Shown here: piece after piece, positions 1 through 9,958 of the stretch | Layout: each line of letters begins with the position of its first letter | Numbering within the stretch: the first letter of the stretch is position 1 | Assembly: GCA_963665665.1 (NCBI GenBank) | Contig: OY762428.1 | Location: 896,001-960,000 of the forward strand | DNA length: 64,000 nt | Reading direction: 5' to 3' | Source: Candidatus Kapaibacterium sp. | GTDB taxonomy: Bacteria > Bacteroidota > Ignavibacteria > Kapaibacteriales > UBA2268 | The notes under the pieces: generated by a model | Told to the model about the DNA's origin: nothing | Seen by the model: only the letters and a program-made list of their open reading frames with translations | Databases searched by the model: none | Position numbers and translations under genes: made by a program

Positions 1-1444
1 TTAACTCGCTGTCAACTTCAATTATTCCGTCATGAGCATCAACTATCCATTTAACAATTGACAGGCCTAATCCCGTACCGCCAATTTCTTTCGATCTGGC
101 TTTATCAACACGGTAGAATCTGTCGAATATTAGCGGAAGGTCTTTTTCCGGTATCCCCATACCGGAATCCTTAACAGTAAAAATTGCACTATCATCTGAT
201 TTTTCAAGTTTTATAAGAATAGTGCCGCCATCCGGAGTATATTTCACAGCATTGTCCACCAGGTTAAGCAATACCTGGTGCAGCCTTCCCGAGTCATATT
301 CAACCATAACCGCGTTTTCAATTTCAGAATCAACTTTAATATTTTTCTCCTCAGCAAGAATAGTAATGTCATCTGAAATATCCATTACATGCTGGGAAAG
401 GTCATTTACCGTCAGGTTCATTTGTAACTGCCCCATATCTGCCCTTGATAAATCAAGCAGTGTTTCAACAACACTTGACAGCCTTTGTACTTCATTCAGG
501 GCACTGGCGATAAGATATTCATATTCCTCAGTCGACCTGGGACTATGAAGTGCAAGCTCCAATTCGCCACGTAAAATAGTAAGCGGAGTCTTCAACTCGT
601 GGGATGCATCGGAAGTAAACTGCTTTATTTGCCGAAATGAAACTTCAAGCCTGTCGATCATTTCATTAATTGTTTCGATCAAGCGGCCTAATTCATCTTT
701 TACTCTCGGTTCCGGAAGTCTGTCGCTTAAATTCCTTGCTGTAATGGTTTTAGCCGTTTTGGTAATTTTGTCGATTGAACGCAGGGAAATCCTGGAAAGA
801 TACATTCCGCCAAATGCAGAAATCAACAAAATCAATGGCATTGCATATATAAGAATTCTGAAAAGGCCTTTCAGGGTATCTTCCATTTCACCGATAGGAT
901 AGGCTACGGATACGGCTGCTTCCCGGTTAATCAAAGTAAATATCCTGACTTGAATATCTCCAACATAATTATCGGAAAATGCTGAGTCCGGGCAAGTATA
1001 CTTTGAATTTTTAAAGAAACAGGGCAATGTATCGTTTTTAAGATTAGCTGATCTCCATATTTCATTTGTTTTGCGCCACTGCACCTGTATAAGATAGTTT
1101 CTTGAATCCATTAAAATATTATTATACAGCGATGTGAGCAGATCTTCAGAACCCTGGTTTTCAATTTCATTTTCAGCTAATACCGGCCCTATGAATTTTT
1201 TTTCCTGATTACTATTGGCTTTATTAATATCTCTTATAAAGTGGCTCACTTTATCGGACTTCCGGAATTCATCCAGGCTTATAACCTTCCTAACAGCATG
1301 GCCAATATCCATCAATGATTCATCGATATTTTCATTTAATTCCGAGGACAAAGACCAATAAAGGTAGAAACCAAATGCTGCAAGGGTTAATCCAAGAATT
1401 GCTGTGTACCAGAATGATAATTTCGTAAGCGCTGATATTTTCAT
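1..1444 (-). CDS. Two-component sensor histidine kinase (TM-sensor-TM-HAMP-HisKA-HATPase), 3' end runs off the window
   Basis: Not in the ORF track because it has no stop in the window. Manual translation from ATG 1444 gives MKISALTKLSFWYTAILG..., H-box FTSDASHELKTPLT, N-box QVLLNLVDNAVKY, G1 DSGMGI, F-box IFDRFYR and G2 GGTGLGLSI. Confidence 0.92.
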   Translation of the reverse strand, partial: MKISALTKLSFWYTAILGLTLAAFGFYLYWSLSSELNENIDESLMDIGHAVRKVISLDEFRKSDKVSHFIRDINKANSNQEKKFIGPVLAENEIENQGSEDLLTSLYNNILMDSRNYLIQVQWRKTNEIWRSANLKNDTLPCFFKNSKYTCPDSAFSDNYVGDIQVRIFTLINREAAVSVAYPIGEMEDTLKGLFRILIYAMPLILLISAFGGMYLSRISLRSIDKITKTAKTITARNLSDRLPEPRVKDELGRLIETINEMIDRLEVSFRQIKQFTSDASHELKTPLTILRGELELALHSPRSTEEYEYLIASALNEVQRLSSVVETLLDLSRADMGQLQMNLTVNDLSQHVMDISDDITILAEEKNIKVDSEIENAVMVEYDSGRLHQVLLNLVDNAVKYTPDGGTILIKLEKSDDSAIFTVKDSGMGIPEKDLPLIFDRFYRVDKARSKEIGGTGLGLSIVKWIVDAHDGIIEVDSEL

Positions 1445-1594
1445 CTATAATTCCAGCCGGCCAATATCTGTTCAACTGAATAGTACTTTTAATCGTTAAC
1501 AATATAAAAAGTTTTTTGAGAAATTAAATAATTAAGTTACATTATTTTTTTATTTGTGTCAGGCTGAGAAAATTAAATTTCTGGTATTAGTTTA

Positions 1595-4500
1595 ATGGAA
1601 AAAAGCAAAAGAAAAAATGACAATGGGGCCAAACCCAACAAAAACTTTGCAAAAAAACTTGGAAAGCTTCTTCTTTATTTAGTTTTGATTTTTGTGATTT
1701 TTAGCTTTGCACTTTATTTCTTTACAAAGACTGATGCATTCAGGGAATGGGCCAGTGAATTTATCAGCGACCAGGTTAATTCGGCACTCGAAGCTGATGT
1801 TTACTTCAGTGATTTCCAGCTGAATGGATTTCTCGGCCTGGAACTAAATAATGTAATTATGATTTCAGCTGGCGATACATTAGCCCGGATCAGGAAAATA
1901 TCTGTTGATTTTGATCCCTATAAACTTCTTGACAATGAGCTTGATATACATCGGGTTTCATTGAATAATCCAAGGATCAGGCTTTTACGCTCTAATGATC
2001 TGAGCTGGAATTTCGAGCATATAGTCCCTCCATCCGATGATACAACATCTTCAGGAAAGGCCCAACTGAAAATCAACCTGGACATGATGGAAATAAACAA
2101 TGCCAGTATCCGGCTTTTTGATTCCACATCTGATAACAGCTCAATATTTTCAGATTCAAGAATAACTGATCTGAACCTGGAATTGATTGCTGAAGCTGAC
2201 ATCGGTATTAATAGATATAAATTAAAACTGGAGGACCTGAATTTTAAAGAAAACAATAGTGGATTGATACTTGAAGAAATTGATATCGAAGCCTCAATTG
2301 ATACAAATTCAATTGCACTCGGCAATTTATCGCTGAAGACAGGTAATTCCGACCTTTCAATTGACGCTTCTGTTGTTGGCGTGAATTTGTTCGGGGAAAA
2401 ATTTAGCTCGGAATTAAAAAATGCAGGACTGGATATAAATATCGATATTGCAAATATTAATTCTAAGGAATTTGAGCCATTTTCAGACCAACTTCCAATC
2501 TCAGGAGATATAAGCCTTTTATGCAAAATATCAGGCCGGGTGGACAGTATAAATATGGAAAAACTCCTTCTGACTTTTTACAATTCACATATCAGCCTGA
2601 ATGGTAAGATAAACGGACTATTATCTGAAAGCATAAGTCCTGATATTGTTGTTGAAAGTTCACTTATTAACACTATAGATATTTCTTCCCTGCTTACCGT
2701 AATAAAAACCGGTGATATTCCGGATCTGGAAGGAATAAAGCTTAATGGTACAAAAATCTACGGCGATTCGGACAGCCTGAGTACTTACCTGAATATCAAA
2801 TCTGAACCTGTAAACATAGAGGGCCTTGCAGGAATATCGCTGAAGGACTCCATTCCTGTTTACTCGGCTTTGATTGATATTCGCAACCTTGATCTGAAAC
2901 CATTATTGCGGGATAATAGTTTAGCCTCAGATATTGATCTTAGTATAAAAGCAAATGGAAGAAGTTTTGATATCAACAATCTGGTTGCCGTACTGGATAT
3001 GGAAATTTTCGATTCAAGGTTTAAACATATCGATATTAAGAATGGTAAAATTCATACATCTATTGATAAATCTGGAATATTGCACTTAGACACTATGTCC
3101 CTGGCTTTCAAAAATCCAATATCCGAGTTATCATATTCCCCTGAAGAAGGCCATTTATTTGTTAATGCAAATATAAATGTTAGGGATTTGGCAAATTCAG
3201 ATTATTACGCAATGATAGAGTTTGACGGAATAAACCCTGCCCATATTGTCGAGAATCCGGGAATTCCAAATTTAGTATCAGGCGCGGTAAAAGTACAGGG
3301 GAAATATATTGATTTAGATCAACTAAACGCAGATGTACAGTTAGAAGTAAGTGAACTTATGCTGGGAGAAATGTTTATATTTCCATTCAATCTTCAGGCA
3401 TCGCTGCAGGATGCTGCCGATAGTACCAAACACCTGGTACTTAAGTCCGATTTTGCTGACGTGGATGTGAGGGGAGAGTTCATACCAACAGAACTAATTG
3501 ACCTGATGGCAAATCACGGGCAGCAGATCGGCGAGGATATTGTCAGGAAAATTGATAATATATACGGTAATACAGATACGCTTCAGGCAACAGAATTCGA
3601 AAAATATCCCGCCCTTAACTTCAAACTTTCTGCCAATGTGAATGACCTTTCAGTACTGAACTCAGTTGTTGACAGCCTTGATATCACAGCCAATACAAAA
3701 ATTGATCTTAGCTTCGAATCTGATTCCAATAAATGCCATACAACTATCAATGAGCTACAAATTGAAAATTTCGGGCTTGACCTTCCCGGGTTTGATTTGA
3801 ATATTTCCGAGACATCATTATCAGGTGATATTGAACTAATTCATGATGAGAATTATCCGTATATTGGCAAGGGGAAGTTTAAAATTTTCAGTGCTTCTGA
3901 TATATTTATTAACGATCTTTTGATCTCGGGCAGTTCGGTATCTGTTGATATTTCAAACAAAGAAATATCCTTTAACGCCGGTGCCGGAATAAACAATACG
4001 CATATTTTCGGAGCTGACGGGAAAGTTGTATTATCTGGCTCGGCAGCAAATGTAAGATTCTCCAATATCGAGTATAGTTTCGATACATTGTTTACCTGGC
4101 GGAATCAGAAAGAAGTAAATCTGTCCTATGATAATAATCATCTAAAAATATATTCTTTCAATATCAGCCGGGATAATTTTGAAAATATTTCAGTTCAGGG
4201 CAGTTATGATCTTGACGGAAATGCGGATATTGAATGTGATATCAGGAATTTTACTCCTTTAAGTTTTATTTCCTTTGTTCCGGAAAACCTAATAGAATAT
4301 GTTAATGATTTTAGGGGTAAATTTGACAGCTTACATGTTCATGCCACCCGAAACATTGAAAATCCCTCAATAAAAGTTGATTTATATGGTGATAGCCTTG
4401 CTTACAATAAAAATATTCTTGGTGCTGTCAGCCTTTCTCTGGAATATCAAAATCAGAATATTTCCGGTAATGCCAATTTTACTGACAAAAATATAACGGA

Positions 4501-6145
4501 TTCTCCATATCTGGATATTAATATCATCAAACTTCCAATGAACCTTCTTGCCAAAGACGGGAAGATTTTTGTTAAAAACACAGAATCAGATATAAGTATT
4601 ATAGCATCACAGTTTCCTTTACAGATAGTATCCCCGTTTATTCCCGGCATATCTGATATTCGCGGCCCGGCAGACCTGAATTTGAAGATCGGCGGATATT
4701 TACCGGAAGACCCGGATATTAACGGGCAGCTTTCTTTTGACAATGCAGTTTTGGTTCTTGAAGCAACCAATATGCGCTATTATGCCCGGGGAGTAGTTGA
4801 TATTAATGAGGATAAAATAAATATCAGACGCGTTAATCTTTATAATCAAAGGCGTGACCTGAACAATGGGGCGGCAAATGTAGAGGGATTTGTAACTCTG
4901 AATGAATTTATGCCGGACAAGATTGATATTAAAATTAAAACTGACCGATTTATGGTATTAGGCCCTTCATCAATAAAATCTATGCCCGGGCTTTACGGAG
5001 ACTTTGTAATTCAATCCGGAGATAATCCTATTCATTTCTTCGGCACTCTTGATGAACCGAATCTCGAAGGTGATATAAATGTATTAAGGGCTGACCTGCA
5101 AATGCCCCAGGAAATTGAATCCACACAGGAAAAATCAACATTCAGATACATCATCGGAGATGAATTGCTTACTTTCGATGATAAATACAATCCTGATTCA
5201 AGTAATATCTCAACTCCGGACGATAAAATTATTGTTCCAAAACCTTCTTCGTTAAATAAGCAGGAGGTAGATTTTTCAGAATTGATCAATTACGATCTGA
5301 GGATAAAAATACTCGGGCCTTTCGATGTTACTATGGAATTACCTGTGATCTTTTCCAGCCTAACTGCTGAAATTGGTACACGGGACAGGTCTGTTCCGAT
5401 TCGTTACGTCAAAACCAGGAATAAAAAACAGGCTACTCTGTACGGGGAGCTATTAATCAAAGAAGGATCTAAATTAAAAATATACAGAACTCTTGAAGCT
5501 CAGGGCAATATCAATTTCCCATCAGGATCTATCGAGGATCCCGGCCTTGATATCACAGCCGAATATCCATTCCGTAGTACAAGTGGCGAAACAACAAAAG
5601 AATACGTTGTTAAATTAAGAGTATCGGGTACTAAAAGTAAGTTAAACCTTTCATTTACCTATCTGGAAAATGGTGAGGAAGCCACCGGAGATTCGACAGA
5701 AATTGCACAGGATGCCATTTTCCTTCTTACCTTCGGGAAAACAAAGAACGAACTTATGGAATCAGGTTTTGACGGAAATCTTGGCCAGAGTATTGGAACT
5801 CAGGTATCATCAATAGGTACTTCCTACCTCCTTTCTCAGTTATTCTCCGGGATAAAGGAAATTCAAAGCGCCGATATTGATTTTGGCTCCGATGACCTTG
5901 ATTTTTCCCAGGCAAGGCTGAAACTTACGGGCCAGCTTTGGGGACTCAGATGGGAAATTGGCGGATCGGTTGTTGACCTTGCCAATAATTACGAATTTAC
6001 AATAGACGTGCCGATAGCTGCTTTGTTCCAGACTGACCTTATGAATATAAATCTGACAATTACCCGAAGTACAAGCATGAATATTTCACCCAGCCTGGAT
6101 CAGAAAGAATGGGAAGTAAAATTCAAAATCGGCGGAAGCTGGTAG
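1595..6145 (+). CDS. tamB: TamB/AsmA-like translocation and assembly module protein
   Basis: 1516 aa, single N-terminal TM anchor, long beta-rich repetitive body and a DUF490-like C-terminal region (..DPGLDITAEY..). Confidence 0.75.
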   Translation: MEKSKRKNDNGAKPNKNFAKKLGKLLLYLVLIFVIFSFALYFFTKTDAFREWASEFISDQVNSALEADVYFSDFQLNGFLGLELNNVIMISAGDTLARIRKISVDFDPYKLLDNELDIHRVSLNNPRIRLLRSNDLSWNFEHIVPPSDDTTSSGKAQLKINLDMMEINNASIRLFDSTSDNSSIFSDSRITDLNLELIAEADIGINRYKLKLEDLNFKENNSGLILEEIDIEASIDTNSIALGNLSLKTGNSDLSIDASVVGVNLFGEKFSSELKNAGLDINIDIANINSKEFEPFSDQLPISGDISLLCKISGRVDSINMEKLLLTFYNSHISLNGKINGLLSESISPDIVVESSLINTIDISSLLTVIKTGDIPDLEGIKLNGTKIYGDSDSLSTYLNIKSEPVNIEGLAGISLKDSIPVYSALIDIRNLDLKPLLRDNSLASDIDLSIKANGRSFDINNLVAVLDMEIFDSRFKHIDIKNGKIHTSIDKSGILHLDTMSLAFKNPISELSYSPEEGHLFVNANINVRDLANSDYYAMIEFDGINPAHIVENPGIPNLVSGAVKVQGKYIDLDQLNADVQLEVSELMLGEMFIFPFNLQASLQDAADSTKHLVLKSDFADVDVRGEFIPTELIDLMANHGQQIGEDIVRKIDNIYGNTDTLQATEFEKYPALNFKLSANVNDLSVLNSVVDSLDITANTKIDLSFESDSNKCHTTINELQIENFGLDLPGFDLNISETSLSGDIELIHDENYPYIGKGKFKIFSASDIFINDLLISGSSVSVDISNKEISFNAGAGINNTHIFGADGKVVLSGSAANVRFSNIEYSFDTLFTWRNQKEVNLSYDNNHLKIYSFNISRDNFENISVQGSYDLDGNADIECDIRNFTPLSFISFVPENLIEYVNDFRGKFDSLHVHATRNIENPSIKVDLYGDSLAYNKNILGAVSLSLEYQNQNISGNANFTDKNITDSPYLDINIIKLPMNLLAKDGKIFVKNTESDISIIASQFPLQIVSPFIPGISDIRGPADLNLKIGGYLPEDPDINGQLSFDNAVLVLEATNMRYYARGVVDINEDKINIRRVNLYNQRRDLNNGAANVEGFVTLNEFMPDKIDIKIKTDRFMVLGPSSIKSMPGLYGDFVIQSGDNPIHFFGTLDEPNLEGDINVLRADLQMPQEIESTQEKSTFRYIIGDELLTFDDKYNPDSSNISTPDDKIIVPKPSSLNKQEVDFSELINYDLRIKILGPFDVTMELPVIFSSLTAEIGTRDRSVPIRYVKTRNKKQATLYGELLIKEGSKLKIYRTLEAQGNINFPSGSIEDPGLDITAEYPFRSTSGETTKEYVVKLRVSGTKSKLNLSFTYLENGEEATGDSTEIAQDAIFLLTFGKTKNELMESGFDGNLGQSIGTQVSSIGTSYLLSQLFSGIKEIQSADIDFGSDDLDFSQARLKLTGQLWGLRWEIGGSVVDLANNYEFTIDVPIAALFQTDLMNINLTITRSTSMNISPSLDQKEWEVKFKIGGSW

Positions 6146-6251
6146 GAAATCTTAATTTTTTTAAATATTTTTTTTAAATATTGAATTTTTTTACTATTTT
6201 ACTTGTGTTACATATTTCACAAGATTTTGAAAATTTCCCGGGAAATTATTT

Positions 6252-6758
6252 ATGGCCGAAATTCGAAACACCCCGACATCCGGTGAAACAACTGTTATCG
6301 GAGATAACATGCTCCAACTGGTAAGTTTTAAAATTGGAGAAGAAGAATTTGGTGTTGACATCCTGAATGTGCAGGAAATTATTCGTATGGTTGAAGTTAC
6401 CAGAGTTCCTAACGCACCTTCATTTGTTGAAGGTGTTATAAATCTGAGGGGTAAGGTTATTCCGATTGTCGACCTAAGGCGCAGGCTGATGATGGCCGAG
6501 AAGTCGAAAGATAAAAATACGCGAATAGTTGTTGTAGAACTGGAAAGAAAAGTTATCGGATTTATTGTTGACAGTGTAAATGAGGTTTTAAGAATTAACA
6601 AGAACATTACAGAGCCACCGCCCCCGATGGTTTCCGGGATTGATTCCGAATTTATTACTGCCATAGGTAAACTGGATGACAGGCTATTGATTCTATTGGA
6701 TCTGGAAAAAATATTATCAATAGAGGAAGTAAACAGTTTGGAAAAACTGGATATTTAA
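6252..6758 (+). CDS. cheW: Chemotaxis coupling protein CheW
   Basis: QLVSFKIGEEEFGVDILNVQEII, TRVPNAPSFVEGVINLRGKVIPIVDLR, GFIVDSVNEV. Confidence 0.95.
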   Translation: MAEIRNTPTSGETTVIGDNMLQLVSFKIGEEEFGVDILNVQEIIRMVEVTRVPNAPSFVEGVINLRGKVIPIVDLRRRLMMAEKSKDKNTRIVVVELERKVIGFIVDSVNEVLRINKNITEPPPPMVSGIDSEFITAIGKLDDRLLILLDLEKILSIEEVNSLEKLDI

Positions 6759-6783
6759 AATTTAGAATACAATTTAGTTTTTT

Positions 6784-6806
6784 AAGCCCGGCTTCGAACC
6801 GGGCTT
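6784..6806 (+). terminator. Stem-loop after cheW, probable intrinsic terminator
   Basis: aagcccgg-cttcgaa-ccgggctt; weak T-tail. Confidence 0.6.
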
Positions 6807-6993
6807 ATTATTGCAACACAATTGTTACACAACCCTTTCATTTATTTTATTTTCTAATGATCTTTTACCAACTTGATTTTTATCATTCTATATGAATGTT
6901 ATTTGCTATATTGTATTTTTTGGTATTAGTATTAAAGAAATATCAAAGAATTATTTATTCAGGGTTTTATAATATACAATTTAAGGTAGTCTA

Positions 6994-8217
6994 ATGAGCT
7001 TTAGCTTTAGTCTAATTGGTAAATCGATCAAAGAATCAGCTACACTCAAGCTGAATGAAACTGCCGCGATATTAAGGGCAAAAGGCGAGCCGCTAATCCA
7101 CCTTGGTGGCGGTGAACCAAAAAGCAAAGCCCCAATTGAAGCAATTACCAAGATGACCGGCCATTTGAATTCGGGTGAGGTAAGATATGCTCCGGCAGAC
7201 GGAACGTTCGAAATGAAAGCAGCGGTAATACGCTACACAGAACAATTTTATGACAGAATGGTTTCCCCGGAACATATCGTTGTTTCAGGCGGTGCCAAGC
7301 AGTCAATCATGGTTGCCCTTCAGGCAATTCTCGATCCGCAGGACGAAGTGATTTTCCCTGCACCATATTGGGTCAGTTATACGGAAATGGTTAAACTTTG
7401 TGGTGGTGTGCCGGTTCCGGTTTACCCGGAAGACGGGTCTTTCTACCCCAGGCTGAAAGATATCGAGCAGAATGTAACAAGTTATACAAAAGCTGTTATT
7501 ATCAACAGCCCGAACAACCCTTCCGGGGCGATTTATTCAGAAGAATTTATTTCTGAAGTAGTAGAATTCTGTGAAAAAAACAATCTCTACCTGATAATGG
7601 ATGATATTTATCACAGATTGTACTTTGATAACAATCGTCCTGCAAATCCGTGGAAATATGTTAAGGATCGCACGGAAACTAATAGAATGATTATCATCAA
7701 TGGTGTTTCAAAAGCTTATGCCATGACCGGATTCAGGATAGGCTGGGCTGTTGCAAATAAACGTCTGATTGAAGTTATGAGAAATATTCAGGCTCATCAG
7801 ACTTCCGGGCCTTCAATCCTACTCCAAAAGGCTGCTATAGGCGCTCTGGACGGTAGTCAATCCTGCGTGCGTGCTTTACGCTCAACTTTGGAAAACAACC
7901 GCCGGGTTCTCGTGCAACAGCTGAAAGCCTTTGACGGCATTAATTTCCATGCGCCTGACGGAACTTTTTACTGTTTTGCTGATTTCCGCAACTATACAAA
8001 AGATACTACCAAAACAGCACAGTTACTACTGGACAAAGTAAGGGTTGCTCTTATGCCCGGCGTGGAATTCGGTTTGGAAGGCTGGTATCGTATTTCAACA
8101 TGCGGATCCATTAAAGATATAATCGACGGTATCGAAAGGGTGAAGTGGGCTCTTGACCCGAATTCACCTAACGAACTTTACATTGGTGACAGAAAATTAG
8201 TGAGGGACTGGGCATGA
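6994..8217 (+). CDS. PLP-dependent class I/II aminotransferase (aspartate aminotransferase-like)
   Basis: NSPNNPSG, DDIYH and SKAYAMTGFRIG (PLP lysine); overlaps pckA by ATGA. Confidence 0.9.
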   Translation: MSFSFSLIGKSIKESATLKLNETAAILRAKGEPLIHLGGGEPKSKAPIEAITKMTGHLNSGEVRYAPADGTFEMKAAVIRYTEQFYDRMVSPEHIVVSGGAKQSIMVALQAILDPQDEVIFPAPYWVSYTEMVKLCGGVPVPVYPEDGSFYPRLKDIEQNVTSYTKAVIINSPNNPSGAIYSEEFISEVVEFCEKNNLYLIMDDIYHRLYFDNNRPANPWKYVKDRTETNRMIIINGVSKAYAMTGFRIGWAVANKRLIEVMRNIQAHQTSGPSILLQKAAIGALDGSQSCVRALRSTLENNRRVLVQQLKAFDGINFHAPDGTFYCFADFRNYTKDTTKTAQLLLDKVRVALMPGVEFGLEGWYRISTCGSIKDIIDGIERVKWALDPNSPNELYIGDRKLVRDWA

Positions 8218-9875
8218 CAAAATATTTAGAATTCGATACCCCGGCCATTAAGCATGCCGGCGAACTTAAAGGGGATTACGGCCTTTCAAATCACGGGCTG
8301 AAACATCTCGACAATGTTTATTGGAACCTTCCGACTCCCGCACTGATCGAAGAAGCAGTCTTTCGTGGCGAAGGCCACCTGACTAACGGCGGAGCCTTTC
8401 TTGTTAATACTGGTAAACATACATCCAGGGCCGCAAATGATAAGTTTATCGTTCGCGAGGATTCTACCGAAGATAAAATCGACTGGGGTGAGTACAACAG
8501 GCCTATGGAGCCTGAGAAATTTGATGCGCTTTATTCCAGGCTTCAGGCTTACCTTCAGGGCGAGGATGTATTTGTTCAGGACTGTTACCTTGGGGCTGAT
8601 CCCGAGCACCAGATAGCTGTAAGAGTTATCACTGAATATGCATGGCAGAGCTTCTTTGCCAGAAATATGTGTATCCCGATCAGAAACAGGGATAAACTAA
8701 AAACATTCGTTCCTGATTTCACACTTATTGCCTGCCCGAAATTCAAATCCGACCCGCGTGTAGACGGAACAAACAGCGAAACATGCCTTGCTTTGAACTT
8801 CCAGCAACGCACTGCACTGGTACTTGGTTCAAGCTATGGCGGAGAAGTCAAGAAATCACTCTTTACCGTTATGAACTTCCTGAAACCCCTTGACGGCGTT
8901 ATGTCCATGCATTGCTCGGCAAACGTTGGTAAGGAAAACGATGTGGCTCTCTTCTTTGGTCTTAGTGGTACGGGTAAAACAACACTTTCAGCCGATCCTA
9001 AACGCCGCCTTATCGGTGATGATGAGCACGGCTGGAGCGACGAGGGAGTATTTAACTACGAAGGCGGATGCTACGCCAAAGTTATCAGGCTAAATGCAGA
9101 GCACGAACCTGAAATATACCAGTGTACAAAAACTTTCGGAACTATACTCGAAAATGTGGTTTACGATCTGCCGTCCCGTCACCTTGATCTGGATGATGAT
9201 ATAAATACCGAAAACACCAGGGCTTCATATCCTGTATGGATGATACCGAATATTATTTCCAAAGGACATGTAAAAGCTCATCCAAAAAATGTGATATTCC
9301 TTACATGTGACGCTCAGGGCGTGATGCCTCCGATAGCAAGGCTAAATCCTGAGCAGACTATTTATCACTTCATTAGTGGTTATACATCAAAGATCGCCGG
9401 TACGGAAGCTGGACTTGGAATAGAACCACAGATAACCTTCAGTGCCTGTTTTGGCGCTCCCTTCATGGTTCATCATCCATTTTATTATGCCAACCTTCTT
9501 GAGAAAAAAATGGAGCAGCACGGTGCAAAAGCGTGGCTGGTTAATACAGGCTGGGTAGGCGGCAAGTTTGGTGTTGGTAAGCGTATCAGTATCAGGCATA
9601 CAAGAAATATGCTGAATGCTGCTTTGGACGGCGTTCTGGATAATATGGAATTCCGTAAAGACAAGCTATTTGGATTTGAAGTTCCTGTTATCTGCCCTGA
9701 TGTTCCGTCTGATGTTTTCGAACCATCAAATGCATGGGGTAACAAAGACGATTACTGGCGGAAATATGATGCTTTAGCATCCTTATACATTGAGAACTTC
9801 AAGCTGTACAAAGACGGCGTTCCACCGGAAATTTACAATGCCGGCCCCGTCAGGCTGAAAGATACAATGGATTAA
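8214..9875 (+). CDS. pckA: Phosphoenolpyruvate carboxykinase (ATP)
   Basis: YGGEVKKS, SMHCSAN, GLSGTGKTTLSAD, LIGDDEHGW, EGGCYAK, TENTRASYP, FSACFGAPF. Confidence 0.97.
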   Translation: MTKYLEFDTPAIKHAGELKGDYGLSNHGLKHLDNVYWNLPTPALIEEAVFRGEGHLTNGGAFLVNTGKHTSRAANDKFIVREDSTEDKIDWGEYNRPMEPEKFDALYSRLQAYLQGEDVFVQDCYLGADPEHQIAVRVITEYAWQSFFARNMCIPIRNRDKLKTFVPDFTLIACPKFKSDPRVDGTNSETCLALNFQQRTALVLGSSYGGEVKKSLFTVMNFLKPLDGVMSMHCSANVGKENDVALFFGLSGTGKTTLSADPKRRLIGDDEHGWSDEGVFNYEGGCYAKVIRLNAEHEPEIYQCTKTFGTILENVVYDLPSRHLDLDDDINTENTRASYPVWMIPNIISKGHVKAHPKNVIFLTCDAQGVMPPIARLNPEQTIYHFISGYTSKIAGTEAGLGIEPQITFSACFGAPFMVHHPFYYANLLEKKMEQHGAKAWLVNTGWVGGKFGVGKRISIRHTRNMLNAALDGVLDNMEFRKDKLFGFEVPVICPDVPSDVFEPSNAWGNKDDYWRKYDALASLYIENFKLYKDGVPPEIYNAGPVRLKDTMD

Positions 9876-9897
9876 TTTTCCATAATTATTTAAATTT

Positions 9898-9929
9898 AAA
9901 AAACCCCGGGATATTTCCGGGGTTTTTTT
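9898..9929. terminator. Bidirectional intrinsic terminator between convergent genes
   Basis: aaaaaaccccgg-gatattt-ccggggttttttt. Confidence 0.85.
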
Positions 9930-9958
9930 GTTTAGAAAATCGTTTTATTCAAAAAAAG

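Noticed and set aside
222-548. 108-aa plus-strand ORF
   Set aside because: Antisense shadow of the histidine kinase. The same applies to the many short ORFs antisense to tamB, pckA, leuS, valS and others.
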